DNA of 64,000 nt from positions 64,001-128,000 of the forward strand of contig JBHLKM010000008.1 in NCBI GenBank assembly GCA_048886685.1, in the 5' to 3' direction. The stretch comes from Candidatus Hodarchaeota archaeon. Lineage in GTDB: Archaea; Asgardarchaeota; Lokiarchaeia; Sigyniarchaeales; SOKP01. The notes beneath the pieces were generated by a model. That model searched no databases. It was not told the origin of the DNA and worked only from the letters and a program-made list of their open reading frames with translations. Positions within the stretch are counted from its first letter, which is position 1, and every line of letters begins with the position of its first letter. The position numbers were made by a program, and so were the translations under genes. Positions 1 through 8,180 of the stretch are shown here, piece by piece.

Positions 1-79
1 TGCCCAAAAATTATAGATATACTCTATTTTTAATTAAAAGAAGTTAATTAAATAATAAAAAGAATTATTAAATAGCAAA

Positions 80-913
80 TTATTTTTTCATTGCGGCAAC
101 CTTGATACTTTCTATTTTTAGATTGGAAAAAATTGCTCCAGTAGAATCTTTTATTTCAACGTCTTTAAATCCAGCACTTTCTATTTTTTTAAGGTATTCA
201 TCCTTTAAGATTGCCCCCGAGACACACGCTACATATGCATCAATAGAATTCTTAATATCTTCGGGTAGCTCCTCCTTAAGAACTATGTCAGATACCATTA
301 ATTTACCACCTGGTTTCAATACACGGTAAGCTTCTTGAAAAACCTTATCTTTATCCGGTGAAAGATTAATAACACAGTTTGAAATTATAAGATCTGCGGT
401 ATTATCGGCTACAGGTAAATTTTCAATCTCACCTAGTCTGAATTCTACATTCTCATAATTGCCTTTGTATGCATTTTCTCGTGCTGTATCAATCATCTGT
501 GGCGTCATGTCTACACCAATTACTTTCCCTGTTTTTCCAACTTTATTTGCAGCTAAAAAACAGTCAAATCCTGCACCAGAACCTAGATCAACAACCGTTT
601 CACCCTCCTTTATTGAAGCAAATGCCGTTGGGTTTCCACAACCTAAACCTAAATTCGAACCTTCGGGTACACTTTTTTGTTCTTCTTCTGTATACCCTAT
701 TCTAGAGCTATAATTTTGTGATAAACTCGTATCCCCACAACAAGAGCTTGAAGAATTTATTTCAGGTGTTGTAGAAGGACCACAACAGCTTGAACAGCTC
801 GTTTCCGGGACCGTAGATGGGCTACAACAACTATAACCTTGTGAGCGTTCCGCAATTTTTGCATATCGTTCTCTCACGATCCCCCGTATTTTATCATCTT
901 GCATTTTTACCAT
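80..913 (-). CDS. arsM: Arsenite S-adenosylmethionine methyltransferase
   Basis: LGLGCGNP, VDLGSGAGFDCF, GVDMTPQM, IISNCVINL and YVACVSGA motifs typical of ArsM; Cys-pair-rich N-terminus. Confidence 0.93.
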   Translation of the reverse strand: MVKMQDDKIRGIVRERYAKIAERSQGYSCCSPSTVPETSCSSCCGPSTTPEINSSSSCCGDTSLSQNYSSRIGYTEEEQKSVPEGSNLGLGCGNPTAFASIKEGETVVDLGSGAGFDCFLAANKVGKTGKVIGVDMTPQMIDTARENAYKGNYENVEFRLGEIENLPVADNTADLIISNCVINLSPDKDKVFQEAYRVLKPGGKLMVSDIVLKEELPEDIKNSIDAYVACVSGAILKDEYLKKIESAGFKDVEIKDSTGAIFSNLKIESIKVAAMKK

Positions 914-954
914 TTTCTTCCCTCCATTTCTTTTATTTTTTATAATTTAATTTC

Positions 955-1758
955 TTATTTCTTAATACCTTTGAATAGACAATACCCTAATTTGCCATCC
1001 AAGACTACCTTCACGAATTTTTGTTGATTTTTAAGTGCGATTTTTAATCCTTCCTCTCCATACTTTTGAGTTATATTGTTCATTAGAATTGCTAATTCGG
1101 ACTGGGTATATATGTCTGAAAAATCTTTTACGTCTCGATCTTTTCGAATTTTCCAAAACATTTCTGGCTTTGACCATTCATCAAACTCAGTTTCAATCTC
1201 CTTCACGCCTGCTTTCTTTAACATATTAATCCATTCATCATATTCCAAGGGAGTAGTACCATACCTTTCAGAAATTTCGTCTTTTTCTTCATCTGAGAGT
1301 TTCTTACGCCAAGTTGATTCATGAATTACGATTATACCTCCTTTTTTGGTAACTCGCACCATCTCATCCAATACCTTCTGAGAGTCATCTGGTATACCTA
1401 CAGCACATTCATTAATAGCTACATCAAAAGAATTATCTTCAAATGGTAAATCTTGCGAATCACCTATTTTAAATTCAGTTAAATCTTCAATATTCTCCCT
1501 CTTCGCATTTTCCATTGCTGATCCAACCATTTCTTCAGCTATATCTAGGCCAGTTACCTTAACACCATATTCTTTAGCATAAAAAATAGATTGTGTGCCT
1601 CTACCACTTGAGACATCCAAAATTTTCATCCCAGGTTGTAATTCCGCAAGTTCACCCGTTCGTTGCGTTAATGCCATCCCGCCGGGATGTAATGCTTCAA
1701 TACCACTTATTTCGATTATATCTTCTATTGTTGGTTTATACAATCCTTTCCTTTTCAT
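955..1758 (-). CDS. Class I SAM-dependent methyltransferase
   Basis: LHPGG, ILDVSSGRG motif I, LPFEDNSFD and EMVRVTKKGG; 41 bp upstream of arsM on the same strand. Confidence 0.85.
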   Translation of the reverse strand: MKRKGLYKPTIEDIIEISGIEALHPGGMALTQRTGELAELQPGMKILDVSSGRGTQSIFYAKEYGVKVTGLDIAEEMVGSAMENAKRENIEDLTEFKIGDSQDLPFEDNSFDVAINECAVGIPDDSQKVLDEMVRVTKKGGIIVIHESTWRKKLSDEEKDEISERYGTTPLEYDEWINMLKKAGVKEIETEFDEWSKPEMFWKIRKDRDVKDFSDIYTQSELAILMNNITQKYGEEGLKIALKNQQKFVKVVLDGKLGYCLFKGIKK

Positions 1759-1837
1759 ACCGATCTTCTTTTAGCTTTTCTAAGGATAATTAAAAATATG
1801 TTGATTAAGTATAAAATATAAATTTTCAGAAAAAATC

Positions 1838-1895
1838 TTTTGATCCTAAATAATCAATATAAATATATAAAGGTTCCGGATATTTCGGATCCGAA
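1838..1895. promoter_or_regulatory. Candidate MarR operator sites upstream of the methyltransferase-arsM pair
   Basis: Perfect palindrome TTCGGATCCGAA (1884-1895) and TATTTAGGATCAAAA on the minus strand (1838-1852); related copy at 2446-2462. Confidence 0.5.
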
Positions 1896-1944
1896 CAATA
1901 ATACAAAAATTAAAATTTAAATTTTCTATTCAAAACGACTAAAA

Positions 1945-2430
1945 TTAATAGCATTTTTCCAATCCATCTAATTCAAACGAGTTTGAAAGTTTATTTAACA
2001 AACTGGTTAACTTTTCTAAATCTTCAGATGTGAAACCTTCACAACAATTCTTCAAAATGATCTTTAGTGGGGGTGTAGTGGATTTCATTTCCTTTCCTTT
2101 TTCAGTAAGCTTAACAAGAACACTTCGTCTATCTTCAGGATTATTCTCTCTATATACTAAATCATTCTTCTCCATGGTATCTATTATTCCTGTTATAGTT
2201 GAGGGGGAGCAGCAACATGCAGAAGCCAGCTCTTTAAACTGCTTCCCATCAGATTTCCATAATTCCAATAATATTGAGTATTGGGGAGGAGTAAGATTTT
2301 CACTTTTTACAACTCGACGTTGTAATTTCTCAAATTTTTTGTTTAAAAGATTAATCAATTGGAAGATTTCAGAAAAATTAAGAGTGTCCCGATTACTATT
2401 TTCCAATTTAGAATCACACATTTCAGACAT
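1945..2430 (-). CDS. MarR-family transcriptional regulator, Cys-rich
   Basis: LTPPQYSILLEL, wHTH ELASACCCSPSTITGIID, wing DRRSVLVKLTEKG. Confidence 0.92.
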   Translation of the reverse strand: MSEMCDSKLENSNRDTLNFSEIFQLINLLNKKFEKLQRRVVKSENLTPPQYSILLELWKSDGKQFKELASACCCSPSTITGIIDTMEKNDLVYRENNPEDRRSVLVKLTEKGKEMKSTTPPLKIILKNCCEGFTSEDLEKLTSLLNKLSNSFELDGLEKCY

Positions 2431-2445
2431 TTAAATTTAATAAAA

Positions 2446-2462
2446 TATTTAGGATCGAAATA
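2446..2462. promoter_or_regulatory. Candidate autoregulatory MarR operator
   Basis: TATTTAGGATCGAAATA 15 bp upstream of the marR ATG; matches the 1838 and 1881 motifs. Confidence 0.45.
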
Positions 2463-2641
2463 ATTTATATCCTTAATAAATAATTTTAAGTAATCATTAT
2501 TATTCTTTTTGTTGATTATTTTTATTTCATAAGTATAAATATGATAAATCTAGACTCTAAAGATTTATATGTATGAAAGACATTAGAATATTTATATAAG
2601 ACAGAATGTTGTATAATTTTAAAAAAATAACGACAAAAAAT

Positions 2642-2757
2642 GGCTCCTGTCAATCCCCTGGATTTTTGTCTTTTGGTAGTGTAATTCGTTACACTTAAAA
2701 ATTTACCTTCTCCTACTTAATGGATTTGACCTCGTATTGAGGTTCTTGGCAGGAGCC
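2642..2757 (+). ncRNA. Putative structured non-coding RNA of unknown family
   Basis: 12-bp closing stem GGCUCCUGUCAA/UUGGCAGGAGCC; hairpin AGUGUAA-UUCG-UUACACU; hairpin GACCUCG-UAU-UGAGGUU; the non-Watson-Crick pairs are G-U on the + strand; TATA-like sequence upstream and pyrimidine run downstream. Confidence 0.6.
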
Positions 2758-2817
2758 TCCCTTTATTATCAAACAATTTTAGTAATAGACTAATGTTTAA
2801 AAAGGCTCTTTAAAAAA

Positions 2818-3663
2818 TCATAATAATAGAAAGAGTTCTAACAAGTACATGTCTAAATTTAAATCTTTTAACAATTCCATGTTGTTAAAAATATAACTAT
2901 AAACGTTTTCTTCTCGAAAATATTTTAGGCATAAATTATCCCCTTTTACTTCTTTTAGTACATTAACAACTTGGGTAAGTAAATGTTTTAAACTATCGAT
3001 AACCAATTCTTTATCACATTTAATAAGATTAATATCTACTATATCAAACCAAGATTCTTTTGAGAAAGAAATATTTTTCAATTCTGGTTTTTCCTTACAT
3101 ACTTCTTGTTCTTGATAGGATTCGTAAACTAAATCTATGTGGTCCAATATTTCATTTTTTGATTTACTGTACATCTTATTTTCAATGACATTTCTCAGCA
3201 TAATGAAAATATTCTGAAATATTCCTAAGATATCAAAAAAATCTGCTGTTTGAGTTAGTGTTTCAACCTCCTCCCATTGCTTATAATAATCTTCAATTAG
3301 TTTTAGAAATGGGCGAAAAATGTTAATATCACCATCCCAATTATGTCCTTTCTTTTCCCAAACTGGATTAAATTCTTTTATAAACGCATTCTTAATGACT
3401 TCTAATCTAGTCTTTAAAGTATCTGTTTTCATCTCCTTTGTACCAGCTGCGACAAAGAGGAGATTGTATTTTGGTTCTACAATATATATCCATCTCAATC
3501 CACCCATTTCTATGGAATCAATGGATTGTTTGAATTCCATTATAGAAAATTGGTTAAATGCCGTAAGAAATCCAGAAACAATATCTTCATCGGCATCTGT
3601 TTTCAAAAATGATTTATATAACAGTTTTATCCCAGAGTCACTCTCAACGATCCAAATAATCAT
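2818..3663 (-). CDS. Longin-like domain protein (Asgard eukaryotic-signature type) with helical C-terminal region
   Basis: N-terminal pattern IWIV..SGIKLL...DEDIVSGFLTAFNQFS...IDSIEMGGLRWIY...LLFVA resembles longin/roadblock folds. Confidence 0.7.
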   Translation of the reverse strand: MIIWIVESDSGIKLLYKSFLKTDADEDIVSGFLTAFNQFSIMEFKQSIDSIEMGGLRWIYIVEPKYNLLFVAAGTKEMKTDTLKTRLEVIKNAFIKEFNPVWEKKGHNWDGDINIFRPFLKLIEDYYKQWEEVETLTQTADFFDILGIFQNIFIMLRNVIENKMYSKSKNEILDHIDLVYESYQEQEVCKEKPELKNISFSKESWFDIVDINLIKCDKELVIDSLKHLLTQVVNVLKEVKGDNLCLKYFREENVYSYIFNNMELLKDLNLDMYLLELFLLL

Positions 3664-3852
3664 GGTTTTATTTTGAGAAATATTAAACTTTAAGAAAATT
3701 ATTTTTTGTTTCTAAAAAATTATCTATAGTAATTTAATTTAACCTTTCAAGGGACTTTCTAACAAGATTTATAAAAACAATTAAAATCAGAGAGTTCTCA
3801 TTATAATAATTTATGAGTTTTATTAAGGATGATAAATATAATCATATAGATT

Positions 3853-4254
3853 ATGAATAATAAAAATCCTCTTCAAACTAAAGGCTTCCACCCCTATGGT
3901 GACTTAATTGGATTAATATTTGATAGGCTTGAAAAAGGCTTTTCTCAGTGTTCATTAAAAGTAGAAAGGAAATTAATGAACCCGCATGGATTTTTACATG
4001 GAGGCGTTTTGTATTCAATGGCAGATACAGGTATGGGAGCAGCATTATATTCATTATTGGAAGAAAATGAACTCTGTGCAACGGTTGAAGTTAAAATTGC
4101 TTATTTTAAGCCAGTTAAGGAAGGGACTTTAAAATGTGAAACAAAAGTAATTCATAAAGGAAAAAACATCAGCGTTCTTGAATCTGAAATTATGAATGGC
4201 GAAGATATTATTAGTAAAGCAATGGGGACTTTTTCTATATTCAAAATAAAATGA
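3853..4254 (+). CDS. PaaI-family hotdog thioesterase
   Basis: NPHGFLHGGVLYSMADTGMG motif; 133 aa. Confidence 0.92.
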   Translation: MNNKNPLQTKGFHPYGDLIGLIFDRLEKGFSQCSLKVERKLMNPHGFLHGGVLYSMADTGMGAALYSLLEENELCATVEVKIAYFKPVKEGTLKCETKVIHKGKNISVLESEIMNGEDIISKAMGTFSIFKIK

Positions 4255-4281
4255 TAAAATTTTGAATCCGAATAGAAAACA

Positions 4282-5334
4282 TCATTTAAGTAATTTTTCA
4301 ACAAATTCCCTCGCTTTAGAGAATGCTTCTTCTGATTCTGGTAAATCATATATTTGAAATTCATGTAAAGTATCATCCCAAGTTTGCAATGTAGCTTCTA
4401 TACCCGCGTTTTTTGCTTTTTCGAAAAATTTCCTCGCATCATCAAAAAGCATTTCACTTGTACTTGCTTGAATTAAAATTGGTGGAAGAATTTTTAAATC
4501 CGCATATAGAGGAGAGACTTCTGGGCTAAAAGGATTCGCTCCTGCTAAATAACATTCCACCCACCAATATATTCCTAAGTCGGCAAGAATAGGATCAGTT
4601 GAAGAATTCGTTTTAAAAGAATCACTGGTCATTGCTAAATCAGTTGCTGGAGAAAAGACTATAGCACCTGCTGGTAAGGGAAGACCTCTATTTCGGAGTG
4701 TTATAAGTGTCATTAATGTATAATAACCCCCACCAGAATCTCCAGATATAATAATATTTTTTGGATCTAAACCTTTCGATAAAAGCCATTTATAAGAGGT
4801 TATGCAATCTTCTAGACCTTTAGGATATGGATGCTCAGGCGCGAGACGATAATCAATACTTAAAACACATATTTTCGTTGTCATTCCTAGTCTAACAGAA
4901 ATCAATCGTGTAAAATTTGGAGATCCCATTATATAACCCCCACCATGAAAATATAAAATAACTTTATCCTCAGCAACTTCAGGGAAAATTTCCCATTCAG
5001 CAGGTACACCATTAGCATCTACAAGTTCAATATTTACTTCCTTCATAAATGATGCATGCTTTTGATGGTAGTTGGATCGGTATTCTACCACAAATCGATG
5101 TTGTTTTGCTATAAAGAGCATTTCCTCCATGGATAATAAACCTTGCGTATCTTCATCATTGAACCACCGAATGTTGCCCTCAGTAACTTTCTCCCAAAGG
5201 CTGGGAAAATTAATTACTTGATTTTTTTCATCATTGAAAAATTCAGTGGTTGCTTGATCACGTAATTTATCCCGTAATTGAAGAGCTTTTAAAATCTCAG
5301 GTCTTTGAATTTTTGATATGTCGAATATGGGCAT
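4282..5334 (-). CDS. HSL-family alpha/beta hydrolase (esterase/lipase)
   Basis: HGGGY, DYRLAPEHPYP and GDSGGG motifs. Confidence 0.92.
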   Translation of the reverse strand: MPIFDISKIQRPEILKALQLRDKLRDQATTEFFNDEKNQVINFPSLWEKVTEGNIRWFNDEDTQGLLSMEEMLFIAKQHRFVVEYRSNYHQKHASFMKEVNIELVDANGVPAEWEIFPEVAEDKVILYFHGGGYIMGSPNFTRLISVRLGMTTKICVLSIDYRLAPEHPYPKGLEDCITSYKWLLSKGLDPKNIIISGDSGGGYYTLMTLITLRNRGLPLPAGAIVFSPATDLAMTSDSFKTNSSTDPILADLGIYWWVECYLAGANPFSPEVSPLYADLKILPPILIQASTSEMLFDDARKFFEKAKNAGIEATLQTWDDTLHEFQIYDLPESEEAFSKAREFVEKLLK

Positions 5335-5358
5335 TTTACAATATAATACTTATTAATA

Positions 5359-7029
5359 TTAGTCTGTTGAATAGATATTTTTATATTCATTTCGCATTAC
5401 TTTTTTATCGAGTTTCCCTACACTTGTTCTTGGAAGCGATTCGATAAATAAAATCTCATCAGGGAGCTGCCATTTAGCGAAGGTATTGGAAAGATGTTTA
5501 CGGATCTCATCTTGGTCAACTGATTTATATCCTTCTCGTAATACAATTAATGCCAGAGGTCTCTCCTCCCATTTTGGGTGTGGAACTCCAACGACAGCAG
5601 CTTCAAGAACTCCTGGATGAGAGACCAATACGTTCTCCATATCGATTGAACTAATCCACTCACCACCACTTTTTATTACATCTTTTATCCTATCTGTTAT
5701 TTTTAAGTATCCTTCTGGATCAAGAGTACCTGCATCACCAGTTCTGAAATATCCATCTTCCGTAAAACTATCTTTAGTTGAAGGCGCATTGTGATAATCC
5801 GTTAAAATCCAAGGCCCTCGTAGAAGAATCTCACCAGAAAATTTCCCATCATGCGATAATTCATTCCCAACTTCATCCACAATTTTTATATCAAGCCCAG
5901 AAACAATTGTTCCTTGTTTTTTCTTAAGATTCCATATTTCTTCCTCAGATAGTTCACTTTTAAGCCAAGGTTTGAAAAAATTCAATGTCGTGATTGCCAT
6001 TGCCTCAGTGGAACCGTAAGAGTGAATTATTTCACCGCCAGTCTCATCCCATAAACCACGCATCAAAGCAATTGGAGGCTCTGAACCTCCACAAACTAAT
6101 CGAGTACTTGAAAAATTTGGTTTTTGATCCATCTTTCGTATAATTTCGAGCATAGCCATAAACACAGCAGGAACACCCCCAGAAAGCGTAACTTTTTCCT
6201 GAACCATTAAGTTTGTTAGCTCTTCAAGGTCATCCAAAGTCCATCTTCCAGAAAAAACTATTTTAGAACCTGCGTAAGCTGATGCTTGTGGTTTAGACCA
6301 TCCAAGAACATGAAACATTGGAACCAACTGAAAAACAACATCATTTACAGTCATCGATAATTGAGCCGTAAAAGCAAGTGATTGAAGATATACATAACGG
6401 TGTGAATAATAAACTCCTTTAGGCTTACCAGTTGTACCAGTTGTATAACAAGCAGCATACGCAGAATTTTCATCTAGATACGGCCATTCATAATAGGAAG
6501 AGGCATTGTTTAAAAGTTCTTCATAGCTGTAAATTGGTACCAATTTTGTTTCTATTTCACTTAAATCTTTATCAGTAATGATAATAAAACCTTTGAGCTT
6601 TTTACATGAGGGTAAAATTGATTCGGCCACATGTATTAGATCTTCATCAACAATTAAAAGTGAAGTATTTGAATGATTTACAACATATGATAAATCTTGA
6701 GGAGAAAGACGTAGATTTAGTGTGATCATTACTGCTCCCGTTCCAGGAAGCCCAAAATATATCTCAAAATGCTGATAATGGTTCCATGCTAAAACTCCTA
6801 TTCTGTCACCTACTTTAACTCCAATAGATTTCAAAGCATTAGCTAGCTGCTGCATTCTTGTATAAGAATCTTTATATGTATAGCGAAACAAACTCCCATC
6901 CATTTTTCTGCTAACAATTTCTTGTCTAGAAAAATTCCTTATTGCATGTTTCATGATATTTATAGTGTTTAATTGGTAATTTCCTCGCTGATTTGTCATA
7001 AATCCTTTCACAATCTTCATGAACTTCAC
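5359..7029 (-). CDS. Fatty-acid--CoA ligase (AlkK/DmdB-like; start may be a few codons downstream)
   Basis: YTTGTTGKPKGV P-loop, YGSTE, TGD, DRIKDVIKSGGEWISS, PRTSVGK. Confidence 0.93.
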   Translation of the reverse strand: MKFMKIVKGFMTNQRGNYQLNTINIMKHAIRNFSRQEIVSRKMDGSLFRYTYKDSYTRMQQLANALKSIGVKVGDRIGVLAWNHYQHFEIYFGLPGTGAVMITLNLRLSPQDLSYVVNHSNTSLLIVDEDLIHVAESILPSCKKLKGFIIITDKDLSEIETKLVPIYSYEELLNNASSYYEWPYLDENSAYAACYTTGTTGKPKGVYYSHRYVYLQSLAFTAQLSMTVNDVVFQLVPMFHVLGWSKPQASAYAGSKIVFSGRWTLDDLEELTNLMVQEKVTLSGGVPAVFMAMLEIIRKMDQKPNFSSTRLVCGGSEPPIALMRGLWDETGGEIIHSYGSTEAMAITTLNFFKPWLKSELSEEEIWNLKKKQGTIVSGLDIKIVDEVGNELSHDGKFSGEILLRGPWILTDYHNAPSTKDSFTEDGYFRTGDAGTLDPEGYLKITDRIKDVIKSGGEWISSIDMENVLVSHPGVLEAAVVGVPHPKWEERPLALIVLREGYKSVDQDEIRKHLSNTFAKWQLPDEILFIESLPRTSVGKLDKKVMRNEYKNIYSTD

Positions 7030-7296
7030 TTTATATTTTATTGTACTTTGAATCTTATTTGTATTAAAATTTATTATTTTTTAAATAGGTAATTTATACG
7101 TATATAAATTGCTACAGCAAATAAGTTAGGATTATTGGCTGAAAATCTGAAAAACAGTTTAATAGAATCTCAATCCGCTGAGTTTCCAGCCAAAAAACTG
7201 AAATCTAAAAAAAATAATCCCTTTTCATTTTAAATAAATTGAATTAATTTTAAGTACTAAATTAGAAGCAATAATTGCTAATATCGATAAGGTAAA

Positions 7297-8046
7297 TTAG
7301 AATAAATTAGACTTAAAATTTTGAAAATTATTTCTTTTTTTCCACCAATGTGGAATTTCCACAGGCTTTATTTCACCATAATCTAAAAGGAGAATATGAT
7401 CTTTTTCAATGGAAAATGCAAAACCCCCATTAAAGTTTACCCATCTCTCATCAGGAGGAAGAGCAAACCATCCAAATCTTAACGTCATTAAATGCCAATC
7501 ATGAGTGACATGTATATCAATGCCATTTTCAGGAGCATCTTTGAGTTGATTCCAAATAAGATGAGCAGCATTTTGAGTGTATTGTATAAACGGCGTCCAT
7601 TCTTTTGGAAGATAAAAACCTGATGCCCATCGGAGCAAAACTTCACTAAAGTGATATTTATTAATGTGTTCTAAAAAGGAATCATTATCTATTCCTATTT
7701 CATAGAGAGGTAAAAATTCTCCGATTAACTCACTCTTACCACCTATACTTTTAAATCCATTATGAATATTTTCGGCTGTTTCTTCGCATCGCCAGATAAT
7801 ACTATGAAATAATCTAATCGGTCTGCTTTTAGGTAAGCTTTCACCAAACTTCTTTGCAATTGCATGGCCTTTTGGTGTTAATCTTAATTTATGAACTTTT
7901 TCATTAATTCCCTGGGGTTCATTTCTATGAGAATGCCTTAAAACCAAAATTAACTTCGAATCTTCTGGAAATTTATTTAGGTTCTCTATAATAGCTCGAG
8001 CATGAGAAGTCCAGTTTTCTTCTTTCCAGATTTTTTCTACATCCAT
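7297..8046 (-). CDS. Histidine phosphatase superfamily protein
   Basis: VLRHSHR, LTPKG, RCEETA and VTHD motifs. Confidence 0.8.
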   Translation of the reverse strand: MDVEKIWKEENWTSHARAIIENLNKFPEDSKLILVLRHSHRNEPQGINEKVHKLRLTPKGHAIAKKFGESLPKSRPIRLFHSIIWRCEETAENIHNGFKSIGGKSELIGEFLPLYEIGIDNDSFLEHINKYHFSEVLLRWASGFYLPKEWTPFIQYTQNAAHLIWNQLKDAPENGIDIHVTHDWHLMTLRFGWFALPPDERWVNFNGGFAFSIEKDHILLLDYGEIKPVEIPHWWKKRNNFQNFKSNLF

Positions 8047-8180
8047 CGTAATTCTATCGAAAATGATTTGAATTAAAAAATTAAGAAATAGATTTGAATT
8101 TTTTTATTCTTAAATTAAATTTAAGAATTGAATATAGTAGGTAGAAATAAATTTTAGTTTTAATTAAATATTAATTTCAA

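Noticed and set aside
812-2225. Same hexapeptide CCSPST in the ArsM tail and the MarR HTH
   Set aside because: SPST is ordinary MarR recognition-helix sequence and the DNA differs, so this is probably coincidence.
2642-2757. MITE interpretation of the 12-bp terminal inverted repeat
   Set aside because: No flanking target-site duplication, no second copy in the window, and strand-specific G-U pairs favour an RNA structure. Not fully excluded without a genome-wide search.
7135-7193. Resemblance of GGCUGG...CUCAGCGG to the 5' end of vault RNA
   Set aside because: The match is short and explained by shared tRNA A-box/D-arm-like sequence; there is no B-box-like element.
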